Origin: Octopus vulgaris | Taxonomy: Eukaryota | DNA length: 64,000 nucleotides | Assembly: GCA_951406725.2 (NCBI GenBank) | Contig: OX597820.1 | Span: forward strand, 29,264,001-29,328,000 | Direction of reading: 5' to 3' | In this document: one piece after another, positions 11,403 through 24,326 of the stretch | Layout of the letters: each line of letters starts with the position of its first letter | Position numbering within the stretch: position 1 is the first letter of the stretch | Notes under the pieces: generated by a model | The model's input: the letters and a program-made list of their open reading frames with translations, nothing else | Databases searched by the model: none | Told to the model about the DNA's origin: nothing | Position numbers and translations under genes: made by a program

Positions 11403-11636
11403 AGGCGGCGAGCTGGCAGAAACGTTAGCACGCCGGGCGAAATGCGTAGCCATATTTCATCTGCTGTTACGTTTTGAGTTCAAATTCAGCCGAGGTCGAC
11501 TTTGCCTTTCATCCTTTCGGGGTCGATAAATTAAGTACTAGTTACACACTGGGGGTCGATGTAATCGACTTAATCCAATTGTCTGTCCTTGTTTGTCCCC
11601 TCTGTGTTTAGCCCCTTGTGGGTAGTAAAGAGATAG
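11403..11636 (+). mobile_element. SINE family B (GGCGGCGAGCTGGCAGAA... head)
   Basis: tRNA-like head with GAGTTCAAATT B-box and CTTTGCCTTTCATCCTTTCGGGGTCGATAAA core; decayed copies near 4925, 11810, 36210, 51640 and 56520. Confidence 0.8.
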
Positions 11637-12310
11637 GTACATTCATTCAATCATTTTTACATTCATTTTCCTATGCTAACAAGGATTAGGTGAATATATA
11701 TTATTTCAAGCATTTACAGCTGAATGTCTTTCCTGTCAGTACCTCTTGCTTGTTTTTTCAAGTAAGGGGAATCATTATTAGTGAGAATAGTAGCAATAGT
11801 AATAAAGTGGCAAACTGGCAGAATTGTTAGCACACCAGACAAAACACTTAGAAGAATTTTGTCTGTCTTTATACTCTGAGTTCAAGCTCCGCCAATGTTG
11901 ACTTTGCCTTTTATCCTCTTGAGGTCAATGAAATAAGTGCGAATTACACACACTGGGGTCAATGGAAATGACCAGCCTCCTCACCCAAATTTCAGACCTT
12001 ATGCCTACAGTAGAAAAGATTGTTAAAGAAATACATTACAATGTTGTTGTTGTTGCTGCTGCTGCAGCAGCAGCAGCTGTTCAAGAATTTGGACCTGGAG
12101 ATCTCCATTTCCAGCGACTTCGAGGGCCACCTCCCAGTGGTGTCAGGCATCAATGATGAGCCCTCGACTACAAGACAACCAAAGTTTTTTTTATTCCAAG
12201 GTCTGGGGTCTCCCGCCCCCAAGCCCTAGACCATCACCTTATCACCATTACCCGTCTTGTTGCTTAACAACAACAACAACAACAGCAGCAGTAGTAGTAT
12301 ACATCAGTGT

Positions 12311-12623
12311 ATCATCATCATCATCATTTAGTGTCCGCTTTCCATGCTAGCATGGGTTTGATGGTTCAACTGGGGTCTGGGAAGCCAGAAGGCTGCACCA
12401 GGCCCAGTCTGATCTGGCAATGTTTCTACGGCTGGATGCCCTTCCTAACGCCAACCACTCCGTGAGTGTAGTGGGTGCCTTTTACATGCCACTGGCACAG
12501 GTGCCAGACGGGACTGGCAAACGGCCACGGTCGGATGGTGCTTTTTACGTGCCACCAGCATGGGGGCCAGGCAAGGCTGGCAACGACCACGATCGGATGG
12601 TGCTTTTTACGTGCCACCGGCAC
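12311..12623 (-). mobile_element. RTE 3'-end fragment
   Basis: Same tail, reverse orientation. Confidence 0.82.
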
Positions 12624-12884
12624 GAGTATTTGAATATGAGAGTACATTGTGTTATTATTTAGATTAATATTATTCAGACTATTTCCTAACCTAACACTAA
12701 CATGAAAATAAAAAGAGGAAAGTGTAAAGGGAAGCATCAGAGGAGGAAAACAAGGAGGAAGAGTGAGGTTGAGAGAAAGACAAAAAAACATTATGAGGAG
12801 AAGATGAAGAAGAGGAGAAGGAGAAGAAATCTGAGGGTCAAGGTCAGATAGGAAACAAGTAAGTTTGTTTAATGAATAGCTAAC

Positions 12885-13001
12885 CTGACTGCAACCGTGT
12901 GTCGATAGCAGGGCAGCAGTTTTTCAAGATTCATGAATCGTGTGATTTCTTCAAGTATTAGCTTTACGTCAGCTGACAGACTGTCTAGATTAATTCCAGT
13001 G
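12885..13001 (-). CDS. TAF2: TAF2 exon 23
   Basis: TGINLDSLSADVKLILEEITRFMNLEKLLPCYRHTVAV. Confidence 0.93.
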
Positions 13002-13241
13002 CTGGGGAAGCATCAAGGCAAAACAAATAAGAAAATTTAGTTTAGTTCGTTGCTTAGAAAATTAATCAATGAAATTAAATCACATGTTTGGAAATCAAAT
13101 TCAAAATGAAAATCACAACTCTTTGATCACAAGACAGACTCTCCCACTCTCTTTCTCTATATATGTATATATGTATGTATGTCTGTGTGTGTGTGTGTAT
13201 ATGTGAGTGTGTGAGTGTGTATACACACGTGCAAATATATA

Positions 13242-13745
13242 CCATAAATCCTCAAGTATAATCCGCATTTTTTTCCCAAAATTTAAAGGTCAAAATCCCT
13301 AGTGCATACTATATATGAGGTTAGAAATGAAAATTATTTTCTAAGCAATGTCCGAGTCTCTAATTGCTGTCCAGCAATGTTAATTCAGATGCATTTTGTG
13401 ATGTCGGGCGCAAAAATACATTGAGCTAAGCCTGAAAGCAATGAAGTCATAAAAGAATCATCCATAACTTGTCGTAAGCAACATTTATTAAACGTTATTA
13501 CTGTTATTTCTTTATTTTCTGGAAACAAAGTGCACAAAAAAGCTACACGTTTGCATTATGTTATATATACAATAATAATAAAGGATGTTACCGTATACAT
13601 TTTTACAAACCAGGGATGTTATATAGACCTCCTTGACTCAAGTTAGAGAAGGGGTTCATATTATACGCAAGGTTTAGGATTTACAGCCCCCTAAAAATCC
13701 CCTGCGTATTATACTCAAAGGAGGACTATACTCGAGGATTTACAA
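13242..13745. mobile_element. Tc1/mariner-superfamily non-autonomous element
   Basis: TA flanks; imperfect ~23-bp TIR CCATAAATCCTCAAGTATAATCC / GGACTATACTCGAGGATTTACAA. Confidence 0.75.
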
Positions 13746-13938
13746 TAAATATATACAATCATGGTGTCGATTTTCTACAGTTGGATATTTGGGTTGGTTA
13801 TGGTCAGTTCAAATGCTAAAGGATTTAAGTGGCTATTATAAGTTGAGTGAAGGTTATCCTTACATATCAGCAAAGTAATGGGGAAACAAACAGACAGACA
13901 CGTACTATAGTAGTAGGGGCTAGGGTACAAGTACTTAC

Positions 13939-14024
13939 TTGAGAAGACTGACAGCAGCAACAGCTGGTGTTACAGTAGCAGCAAGTGCATCAATTAATGC
14001 AGCACGGTAGTAGTTGTCAGAATA
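13939..14024 (-). CDS. TAF2: TAF2 exon 22
   Basis: YSDNYYRAALIDALAATVTPAVAAVSLL. Confidence 0.93.
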
Positions 14025-14720
14025 CTGCAGACATAAAAATATATATTTTTTTTAAATACATGCAGCTCACAAGATTTACAAAATACAGAAAAAAAACAGG
14101 AGATATTTAAGAATAACAACAAACACTCTATAAACATGTTTACATCAGTCACCAGTAGTACAATCAATTATACAGCAACCAGCATCATTGTCATCATATA
14201 ACCTTCATTTTCAGACAAAGTTTCTACGGCTCAATGCCCTTCCTAACAGAGTGTACTCAGAGCTTTGTATGTGGCACCAGCACAAATGCTTTTTAGGATG
14301 AAAGGCAAAGTTGACCTTGGCGGAATTTGAACTTAGAATGTAATGACAGACGAAATACAGCTAAGCATTTCGCCCAGTGTGCTAACATTTCTGCCAGCTT
14401 GCCGCCTTTCAGTTTCTGTCAACCAAATACACTCACAAGGCTTTGGTTGGCCTGGGACTATAGCAGAAAACATTTGCAAGGTGCCACACAGCAGGACTGA
14501 TCACAAGTCCACATGGTTGGGAAGCAAGTGTCTTAACCACACAGCAACACTTGCACCTAGCAAGCGTCCGAAATACACAGCCATCATTTTCACTTCACAA
14601 AAAAATGCACGAAAAATAAAATCACAAACCAATCACTAATAACATTTTCTTCTTTCGCTTTTTCTGTATACTTTCATATGACTCAGAAGTAATATTTACT
14701 TATTCAAGCAATCAACTTAC

Positions 14721-14831
14721 CTTGTTTTTAGAATTATCGTTATATTTGAAGAGATCAAGAAGAAATTTCAGTACATCATTGGGGCATATATTGTGAATGT
14801 TACGTAAGCGAGCCATTGCACAGGGAATCGT
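14721..14831 (-). CDS. TAF2: TAF2 exon 21
   Basis: TIPCAMARLRNIHNICPNDVLKFLLDLFKYNDNSKNK. Confidence 0.94.
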
Positions 14832-15904
14832 CTGTAATGAAATTAAAAGCAGAAGCATTCATAAAGGTAATTTGGTAAAAGCAGAACACCTCTCAATAAC
14901 AAAAACAAAAGATTTTTTTGAAATTTTTAAGAATGGCCTAAATTATTTTTTAACAATTTACTGCAGTACCCCACTGTCCAATAACTGAAACATTGGAAAG
15001 AAAATAAACAAGTAAAGGAATAATTTGATACAAGTAATGATTTCTATGAGCCAATAAAGGGATCAATATATGATCACTGAACTGACTAGAAATAGCAGCT
15101 AAAATCTCCCTCAACTCATACCCTATTGGGTATGAACCGAGGTAGATTTGAAACAGAAAAGTGTAATGGATATCACAATCTTAGCTATACTAGATTTGAA
15201 ACAAATAAAAAAAAAACACAGATGAGAGAGTCATGGCAGGAATGTCTTTGATTATAGGTTTGCATAAGCAGTGCTCTCCTAGGGTTAAAGAACAACAATA
15301 ATGATTTGTTGTACAACAAGGTAAAAATTTGGAAGAGCATAACATACATAGGCATGGTTGTGTGGTTAAGAAGTCTGCTTAACATCAATGCAGTTTTGAG
15401 TTCAATCCCATTAGAAAGCACCTTTGATATATGACCCCTACCATAGAAATAGACTGACTAAAGTTTTATATAAGAAATTTGTCACTGAGAAACTGTGTAG
15501 AAAAGTCCACCAAAGTGACCATTTATGTGTGTTAGACATAAATTGTTACTTGGTTTAAGTACCACCACTTGGCCCCAGGGGGCCTTTAGAGCAGCATTTA
15601 TTCTTTTATTTGTTTCAGTCATTTTGACTGCAGCCATGCTAGAGCACCCTGAAAACTATTTTTGTTTTTTATGTATACTCTACTTCTTAACTAATTCACT
15701 ATCCTAATTTCCACCCCTACTCCAAGCCTTTGAGTGGAGTCTGCAGTCCATGGGAGACAGTCAGGCGGACCTGGCATCGACCACATTCAGATGGTGCTTT
15801 TAACATGCCACCGGCACAGGAGCCAGTCTGGGGGTACTGGCATCGGCCACATTCGGTTGGTGAGACTTTAGATTATCTACCAAGTGTCCTGTGCATCACA
15901 TAAA

Positions 15905-15963
<59 letters not shown>

Positions 15964-16421
15964 TTACTTCTTGTTTCATGTTTTGAGTAATATAAAATGT
16001 TTTTTCATATGTTCCCAAATATTCTGGTGGTTGGAAAAACTGGGAATGTGTGTCCATGCATCATATATGATGCATATATGATGCATGGACACCAAGAGAA
16101 TATGTCCAGGGTATCACATGATAAATACGATAGGCAAAGGGTTAAGGAAGAGCTAATGAGGGAGCCTCTATGCAGTTGCTCAACCTACTAGAAATAGCAA
16201 CCAAATTTCCATCAAATCACCGTGTCTTAAGAAAGTAAAACATATTGGATAATGTTATCTTAGGTACACATAGCCAAGGGAAAAAAAGTAAATAAAAACC
16301 TAGATGATAGTCAAGGCTGTATCATCTGATTCTTTGATATGCTTGGTTGGGATTTTGCTTCAGGGGCTCAACAATAACAATAACAACAATGATTCAAGGG
16401 AAAATACAAACTCTTTCTTAC

Positions 16422-16562
16422 TTTGAGTAAAAAATATTGCTGAAAGTTAGAGAAGTTGTTCTGTCGAATGATCATTGGACACGAATAGGACCCAAACATC
16501 TTTCTGAAGATTGTCATCATGGCTGGAGGTCCGGCCCAGCTTGACACCATGGCATTAGCAAC
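16422..16562 (-). CDS. TAF2: TAF2 exon 20
   Basis: VANAMVSSWAGPPAMMTIFRKMFGSYSCPMIIRQNNFSNFQQYFLLK. Confidence 0.94.
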
Positions 16563-17483
16563 CTACAAATAAACATTGATTTCTCACATTAACAGAATAA
16601 ATAGGAAAAGTGAGTCATGCATGATTCATGCCTGTCTTTGTCAAAGTAACTCAAAGGAACTAGCTACAACATAGAGCAATGGATTTTTCTTTTCTGACAT
16701 CCTCTTTCATTTCCCTAAAGATTAGTCTAATATAAGTGATGTTAGACAATCAATTTGTCACCCAAAGAACTGCAAGATATACTGTAAAGCATTTCTGCCA
16801 ACGTGCCAATGATTCTACCACTCTTCCACTTGCAGAGCAATGCGAAATGAAGTGTGAAGGCTAGTGGCCTATTCACAATCGCTAGATTGTGGGTTCAACT
16901 TCCAATCTAGGTGGTACATTGTGTTCTTGAGCAAGACACTTCATAATATGTAGCAATCAAATCTTTGAAAGTCGACAAGAGCATTTTGCTCTGTAGAATC
17001 AAAACCTGAACTATTTAGGAAAAATCCCAAGAACACCATGAAAGTATATATACCAGGCTTCTCACAACAGCTCAAAACAACTCATGGCATGAGCACAAGA
17101 CCAAAGAGGAGATTCACCGACACATTCCACTCAAATCTGTTATTGGTCAACACAAGGTATGCTTTGCTTGTCACTGCTATCTTACTGAACATTATTCTAC
17201 ATCAAATGCTACATAATGGAGACTTAGGCACCTAAATAGAGGACAAACACCACTGAAATACATTGATGCTATTAGCAGAGACTCTGGGATGGAGAATCTT
17301 AGTGTGGCATGGTAAAACGCATATCAGTTATGACCACTTGAGGAAGAAGGGCATGAACATCACAACTTAATGCTAGTTATCTCCTGTTGATAGTTTGTAA
17401 AAATAATATTTTGTAATATTAAGCATGACTGGATCAAATACACAGTTACAAACTATTATATGGAATCTGTCTTCTCTATAAAC

Positions 17484-17802
17484 CAGTGGTTCTCAACAGG
17501 GGTCCATATAAGATTTTTGGGGGTCCACGCAACAAAATAGCAACTTGGGGATCCACAATAGTATTTTATGGGCCCCTGAAAAAGTTTTGCTTTAGAGGTA
17601 TGTATTGATGTGTATTGCAAACAGCTAGATTACTTTCATTTTACATAGTTCAACCTGCACAATAACTTGTGGAAATCAAAATATGAATTTTGGAAGAAGT
17701 TTATATAAAACTAGATTTTAAACTCAGAATGACAATAGAGGCCCACCAGAATAAAATAGTCATCAAAGGAGTCCATAGATAAAAAATGCTTGAGAACCCC
17801 TA
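17484..17802. mobile_element. hAT (Charlie-like) MITE
   Basis: TIR CAGTGGTTCTCAA / TTGAGAACCCCTA; 8-bp TSD CTATAAAC/ATATAAAC with one mismatch. Confidence 0.78.
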
Positions 17803-17850
17803 ATATAAACCTTCTTGCTTATTTCCAAATATTCGTTCATGTCTATTTAA

Positions 17851-18066
17851 CCCTTTCGTTACAGTATTTAGAGATGCTCTATGTTTCTTTCAATTACTTT
17901 AAATATAACAAAGAATTTAGCAAAAAAACTTAGTTATCATTCAGCTAGTGTTAAGAACATAACTTGTGACTAAGGTTTGGTGGAAGATTTTAATTCAAAA
18001 CTTATGAAAACAAGACATTTGTACTCAGAGCTAGAGCCGGTTTCAGCCGGGTTGGTAACGAAAGGG
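17851..18066. mobile_element. piggyBac-like MITE
   Basis: TTAA on both sides; perfect TIR CCCTTTCGTTAC/GTAACGAAAGGG; second copy at 54625-54843. Confidence 0.85.
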
Positions 18067-18117
18067 TTAAGGAAATATTAGCTATAGTGATTAATATAAT
18101 AAAAGTCATTCACTTAC

Positions 18118-18237
18118 TTTGGCGAGGCAGAAGCATGCTTCCATTCTAACCTTACAAAAACACTGTTCATTCTCAAGGGTATCAGTTAAAGCCATCCGTG
18201 TTGCAGGTGTTGAGTAGGCAACTAGAGCAGCGATAGC
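18118..18237 (-). CDS. TAF2: TAF2 exon 19
   Basis: AIAALVAYSTPATRMALTDTLENEQCFCKVRMEACFCLAK. Confidence 0.94.
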
Positions 18238-18782
18238 CTTAAAAGAGATGGTAAACAGTAGCAACATTAAAATCATCATCATCATCATCATCATTTAGCA
18301 TCCATTGTCTATGATGGCATGGATTGGACAGTTTGACTAGTGTTGGTAAGCTGAGGGCCTGCACCAGATTCCAATCTGATTTAGCATGGTTTTCTACGAC
18401 TGAATGCCCTTCCTAACGCCAACCACTCCAAGAGTGTAATAGGTGCTTTTATGTGCCACCAGCACAGGTGCCAGTTGCGTGACACCAGTATCTGCCACAA
18501 TTACGATTTCACTTGGCTCGATGTGTCTCCCTTCTCAAGGGAAACTAATTTATACCAGAAACAATATATATAACAGATATAATAAAAGTTGACAATTTTT
18601 TAATCGTATATTTATTTTGTAAACAAATAATACAATATTACATCAGCATTTTATAATATTACTTTCTTTTCTGGAAACTCACCGCATACTGGCAGCTGAT
18701 GGCTCGCAGACCACCACTTTGAGTAGCAGTGCCATAGAGATAAGAAGGGGAAAAAAGAGCATAACATGTATGCCACAAAAGC

Positions 18783-18823
<41 letters not shown>

Positions 18824-19144
18824 CTTTAGATTAGTTAAAATATGTTTGTGACAAATCCACTGCAGTTACCATGCAGAAAAAATTCTCTCTTATGAGAGAG
18901 GTGTAAAAACACTATATCTACCCAGTGCTTCCTCTTACCAGATTCCCAGATACGTATTTCTGGTTCTTCAGCTTTCCTAACACACACCTGTCTTGCAACG
19001 CAAGATTTGAAAAGTTAAATAGCTACAAGGTAACTGCAATAGTTTATTTCTTTTTACTTTTCTGAATTTTTTTAGCAAAAACTCCTTTAGCAGGAGAAGT
19101 TAGGGACAAAAAGATAAAAAAAGGAAACCCAAAACTGAACTTAC

Positions 19145-19277
19145 TTCACATTGTGCAACTACATCACGTTCATATTTCAGCTGATATTGCCACATGTAGT
19201 CAGGCTGTTCCCAAGCAACTTGTCTTAGCAGCGTCATGTCGGGGTCCACACGTAACCACAAAACAGGGGAATCAGCA
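19145..19277 (-). CDS. TAF2: TAF2 exon 18
   Basis: ADSPVLWLRVDPDMTLLRQVAWEQPDYMWQYQLKYERDVVAQCE. Confidence 0.95.
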
Positions 19278-19863
19278 CTAAAAAGCAATTGAAAGGATAA
19301 AAAAGAAAAATATTATCGTTGTTAAGCAATGTTGGGGGGACAAACACAGGCACAAACACACACACACACAAATATATGACAGGCTTCTTTCAGTTTCCGT
19401 CAATCCACACGGCTTTGGTCAGCCCGAGGCTATAGTAGAAGACACTTGCCCAAGGCGCCACGCAGTGGGACTGGACCCGGAACCATGTGGGTAGACTATG
19501 GCCATGCTAGATCACGCCTTTTAGTCGACCAAATCGACCCGAGGACTTATTCTTTGTAAGCCAAGTACTTATTCTATCGGTCTCTTTTGCCAAACTGCTA
19601 AGTTACAGGAATGTAAACACACCACCATCGGTTGTTAAGCAATGTTGGGGGGACAAACACATATATATATATATACATATATACAACGAGCTTCTTTCAG
19701 TTTCCGTCTACCAAATCCACTCACAAGGCTTTGGTCAGTCCGAAGTTATAGTAGAAGACACTTGCCCAAGGTGCCACATAGTGGGACTGAACTCGGAAGC
19801 GTGTGGTTGGTAAGCAAGCTTTGATATATTTATAAAATAAACACAAGTATATAATATTCTTAC

Positions 19864-19929
19864 TCCATAGCACTGAGATCCATGTCTACTTCTTCTCCTG
19901 TCATCAACGGAATCTTCTTCTTTTTGTTT
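19864..19929 (-). CDS. TAF2: TAF2 exon 17
   Basis: NKKKKIPLMTGEEVDMDLSAM. Confidence 0.94.
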
Positions 19930-19994
19930 CTGGAAAATAAACAAAAATAAATGAGTGGGGAAAACAAATTAGATATTTTTCAAACTTCCTGCAA

Positions 19995-20395
19995 TCATCA
20001 TCATCATCATCGTTTAACATCCGTTTTCCATGCTAGCATGGATTGGACGGTTCGACCGGGGTCTGGGAAGCCAGGAGGCTGCACCAGGCTCCAATCTGAT
20101 CTGGCAGCCCTTCCTAACACTAACCACGCCGTGAGTGTAGTGGGTGCTTTTTACGTGCCACCGGCACAGGTGCCAGGGGAGGCTGGCAACAGTCACGATC
20201 AGTTGGTGCTTTGTACGTGCCACTGGCACGGAAGCCAGTCAAGGCGGTGCTGGTATCGGCCATGTTCAGATGGTGCTTTTTATGTGCCACCGGCACAGGT
20301 ATCACAACTACAATTTCCATTTGATTATTTTTATGTTGATGTACTTGACTCAATAGGTCTCCTCAAGCATAGCAGGTCACCCTATGATCCAAGGT
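19995..20395 (-). mobile_element. RTE 3'-end fragment
   Basis: Same tail plus upstream 3'UTR segment. Confidence 0.8.
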
Positions 20396-21019
20396 AGAGA
20401 AAAATAAATTTCAATGAATGTGCCAGAGTACTAGCATATATTAAGTAGTAAACCTCTTGAGAATACTCTCTCAGTTTTATTAGAAATTAATTTATCATAT
20501 TTGATGGTTTATAAGGCATGATTCTTTTTTGACAAAAATGTCCCAGAAAATTTGCCTGTGACTTATAAACTCATGGTTAGGCTTAAGGTTACTAGCAAAT
20601 GGTGGTTCAAGACAGGGCCTGCTAAAATCAAGGAGACATTTTCTAATCTTATATACCTTGTAAGCTATCAAATGCAGTAGTCTTAAGCAAAGGAAAAAGA
20701 CAACTGCACCACAAAATACAGTTTCAGCTGGGATATGTCTATTAAGTTATCCAACCTGCTAGAAGGAGCAGCTATGCCTCATTCAAATTACACTACTATC
20801 TTACATACAAAAAAAATTTCTTAAAGGACACATTCAGTGATGTTGTCCAAGAAATACAATGTCGGAACTAGAAATAGGATGAAATAACTGAAGAAAGAGG
20901 CACAGTTCAAGGAGTGGGAGACAAAAGAAAAAGAACAACAATAACCACTACAACAGCCACCACCACTGACTGTTTGCAATATGCTTTCCAGAGAATAACA
21001 AAATCTTCAGTCAACTCAC

Positions 21020-21129
21020 CGCCGGCTTTTGGAATGGCAGGTAATCTCAAATTTAGTTTTGTTTTCCTCAATTTTGAAATTGTGACTGAAGGAACCATCT
21101 AGTTCTTGAATGATCACAGTGAGAGGACC
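21020..21129 (-). CDS. TAF2: TAF2 exon 16
   Basis: GPLTVIIQELDGSFSHNFKIEENKTKFEITCHSKSR. Confidence 0.94.
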
Positions 21130-21526
21130 CTGAAATGAAATGGGGAATAAGAAATGAGACAAGAGATAGTAATAAGTTAATTAGTTGGAAAGGAATAATG
21201 TAGAATAAAACAGAGGAATTAATAGGCAAAAAAAAATGAAAACAAAAGTGTCATGACAATAAAGGTGTCCTTTCCTGCTGTCTAAGGTCACAGATCAACC
21301 TACATCATGGCAAGAAACACAAAAGAGGGCAGCAATGTCAAACTCCCTCATTCACCAAAAGCCAATCATATAAGAATGGCCACTGGAAAGGTGATAACAC
21401 TGGCAATGCCCCAGCAAGGCCACAGCCTTTTGGCTGAAATGCAGAAAAGAATGAATATATATTCTATACATATATATATTTTTTACATACATAAATATAT
21501 TTTATACATACATACATATATATATA

Positions 21527-22752
21527 TCTAGTTTATATAAATCGCAGCATGTGTGTGAATAATGACTAACGCATGCATTTCCACAATTTTCAACCAATTT
21601 CCACCAAACTTTACACACACATTACTTATGTCCCAAAGATGGTCATGCACTATAACATTTTGCCCAGAGCTCCTACGTAAATGGACATAGTTTTTAGTAT
21701 GTAGGGTCTTCCATACTTTTTAAATCTTTTTATAAAAGTGAAAGGATTTTTATCTATTTATTTCAACTGTCCACCTGCAACATTTATTAAATTGACTAGG
21801 AACACTGTTCACAATGAATATACAATACCAAACAATCTTAAATCTCCATACTTAAACTGCATTAAATTTTGGCAATCTTACCTTTACCTATTCTCAGTTA
21901 CTTGAAAGGTGATGTTCCCAGCCCTCTCTTCTATTTGTTGATGGCTTTGTTTACCGACCATTGCATTTTTTCACTTAAAGGATGCTTATTTACCCATCCA
22001 TTATGATATTTTGGCTGTTGTCCATTGTTTCAAATATGTTTTAGCATTGTCATTCTGGCCATTTTTAAACAATCACATATAATTCATTCCAAAGAATCAA
22101 CATTTAAATAAGAGTTTTGGGCAGAGTTATGATGTAAGCATATGGTAAAACCCCTCATAACTTCTTTTATTTTCATGAATTTTTACAAATTTTTTTCGAT
22201 TCTGTCTTCTGCATAATGGTATTAACACAATTATGCAAAAAAGAAAAAATTGTAAAACCACTACATTTTGTAGTCATTATCTGTAATCTACTCTCAAAAC
22301 ACTTCAGTAGCTCTACTTTGCATCGCATGCAAACTTATATGTTCTATGATCACTAAAATACAATAACATCCACGATAACCACCCTTCAATTTGATTTTAT
22401 ATTCCTAGGTTAATCGGAAACATAGATTGCCGTGCTACTCATAAACCTTCTCAGTAGTTCAATTATTTAGTGACAAAAATACCACCAAAGCAACTTAACC
22501 CTTTAGTGTTTGCATTATTCTGCCCAAATTAATGCTTTTTTATCCACTTTGTCTTGAACTAATTAGGCATCATCTTGTAGCTATGAGATTTTGATGAGGT
22601 AGCTGTTCATTTTTCAAACGATATTGTAGGGTTGGTGTGAGAGACCAGATCTGGCCAGTTTGAACATAAAACAGGCAGAATATTTTTGGCCGGATATGGC
22701 CGGTTTAAATACTAAAGGGTTAAACCATCCAAAAGACGGGTGCATTTGCTAG
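21527..22752 (+). mobile_element. Non-autonomous Helitron-like element with a nested MITE
   Basis: A|TCTAGTTTATATAAA start; ...GACGGGTGCATTTGCTAG|T end. Confidence 0.6.
22499..22719. mobile_element. piggyBac-like MITE, second family
   Basis: TTAA TSD and TIR CCCTTTAGT/ACTAAAGGG; related copies near 44020-44235, 45745-45955 and 55620-55825. Confidence 0.8.
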
Positions 22753-23000
22753 TATATTATATATCAGATGTTAAATGATGATGAGATATACATATATATA
22801 TATATATATATACAAATACACACACACACACACAACATATATATACATATATGTACATATGTGTGTGTGTGTGCGTGTGTGTGTGTGCGCATGTGTGTGT
22901 GTGTTAGCATGGAAGGCACACATTAAATGATGATGATATACATTCCAACAACCAAAGAGAAGCATATATTATATTATACATAAATATATATATGTATATA

Positions 23001-23033
<33 letters not shown>

Positions 23034-23132
23034 GTCTGTATGTGTATCTGTGTAAGCTACTGCATCAAACTGGGGTTCAACAACAATAACAACAACAGTG
23101 AATAATAGTTACGTGACATCATAATAACTTAC

Positions 23133-23247
23133 CACATATTTTAAGGATCCTTTAGCTGTATAATCTTGTTTGATTTCAAGCTCAACTACATTCCTTTTGC
23201 GGTTGAACACAAAATTCCCCATGAAGCGTGCACAGCCACTCTGACAT
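23133..23247 (-). CDS. TAF2: TAF2 exon 15
   Basis: CQSGCARFMGNFVFNRKRNVVELEIKQDYTAKGSLKYV. Confidence 0.94.
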
Positions 23248-23355
23248 CTGACAATGAATTAAGGACCACTGGATGTAACATTATTCTTTTACTCTTTCAC
23301 TTGTTTCTGTTATTTGACCGTGGCCATGCTGGAGCACCGCCCTTTAAAAATACAT

Positions 23356-23428
23356 AGGTTCCAGCGAGTTTTGAACTCGCGACCTTCTGCGTGTTAAGCA
23401 GATGTGATAACCACTACACCATGGAACC
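23356..23428 (-). tRNA. tRNA-Val (anticodon AAC)
   Basis: 73-nt cloverleaf: acceptor GGTTCCA/TGGAACC, anticodon stem TCTGC/GCAGA with loop TT-AAC-AC, T-stem GCGAG/CTCGC with loop TTCAAAA; A and B boxes intact; TTTTT terminator 5 nt downstream. Confidence 0.9.
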
Positions 23429-23599
23429 ACGCTGTAGTATATATAAACTGCAGTACTCTATACAATACTATAGATTTTAGACAACGCTGTATATAATTTA
23501 TAGATATAAAAGTTTTGTCGTTATATATAGTATCATTGTGGACAAAGAGATCAGCAGGAATAATTTCAGTCCCATGTTGGAATTTTATCAACCAGAGTA

Positions 23600-24130
23600 C
23601 CCTCTTTAACTATCTACAGAAATCCTGCTGATAAATCTACTATTTGTTGTCAGCATTAACTCCTATCTGGGTAGTAAACTTGTAACCAGTGATTGAGCAT
23701 CTTCATATTGATGGGTGCAAAGGGTGCTGGTGCCCAAGGTGGCTGTTCAGGCCAAGGGCAGTATAGAAGAGCTGGGGACATTTATCACAGGGGAGAGTTG
23801 GTGGGGGACAAGGAAGTGCGAGTTACTCTTTGTCGTCAATGTCAGATCTCTACCTTTTGATGTCAAGTCAATTCCTTCAACAATGACATGCTGCCACTTT
23901 GGGTGACCCTTGACATCTGTCTCCTAGATATTTGAGTTAATGGAGCAGTGGAGGAGAGTGGCCCTGAGCTGGTCTCAGAAACGGAATTTGAGGGCTCTGT
24001 GCAGTCTGGTGTCTGTGGCCAACTCCATGAAAAGGAGTTGGCAGGGGAGGCACATATGAGGCATACAAATGAAGTGTCCCAACCAGCAGATGCAATGCCA
24101 TGCCACAGAGGCTTTAATACTGGACAGTCT
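23600..24130 (-). mobile_element. Decayed RTE/BovB-like LINE fragment
   Basis: Minus-strand WHRICWLGHFICMPHMCLPCQLL resembles the RTE motif RLRWxGHxxRMxxxRLPKQLL; frame is broken. Confidence 0.5.
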
Positions 24131-24326
24131 CACTACTATTAATCACAAACCAAATAAATTGAATAGACTGGATAATGAAAATGATAAATATAAAGAAATG
24201 ATAAATAAATTGGATGATGATTGACTTGCATAGTCAAGACATTCCTGACAGCTAGTTCAAGTGTGCCAACTGTACATAAAACTCTTTTAGTAACAAAAAC
24301 AAGGGGTTAATTCAATAAAAGGATAC

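Larger units (their letters stand above)
23248..24326 (-). other. U12-type (minor spliceosome) GT-AG intron, TAF2 intron 14
   Basis: 5' splice site GTATCCTTTT; branch site GTCCTTAAT followed by TCATTGTCAG. Confidence 0.88.

Noticed and set aside
11962-12229. Poly-Gln/Ala-containing ORFs as an extra exon
   Set aside because: Wrong strand or no compatible splice sites; trinucleotide repeats plus repeat remnants
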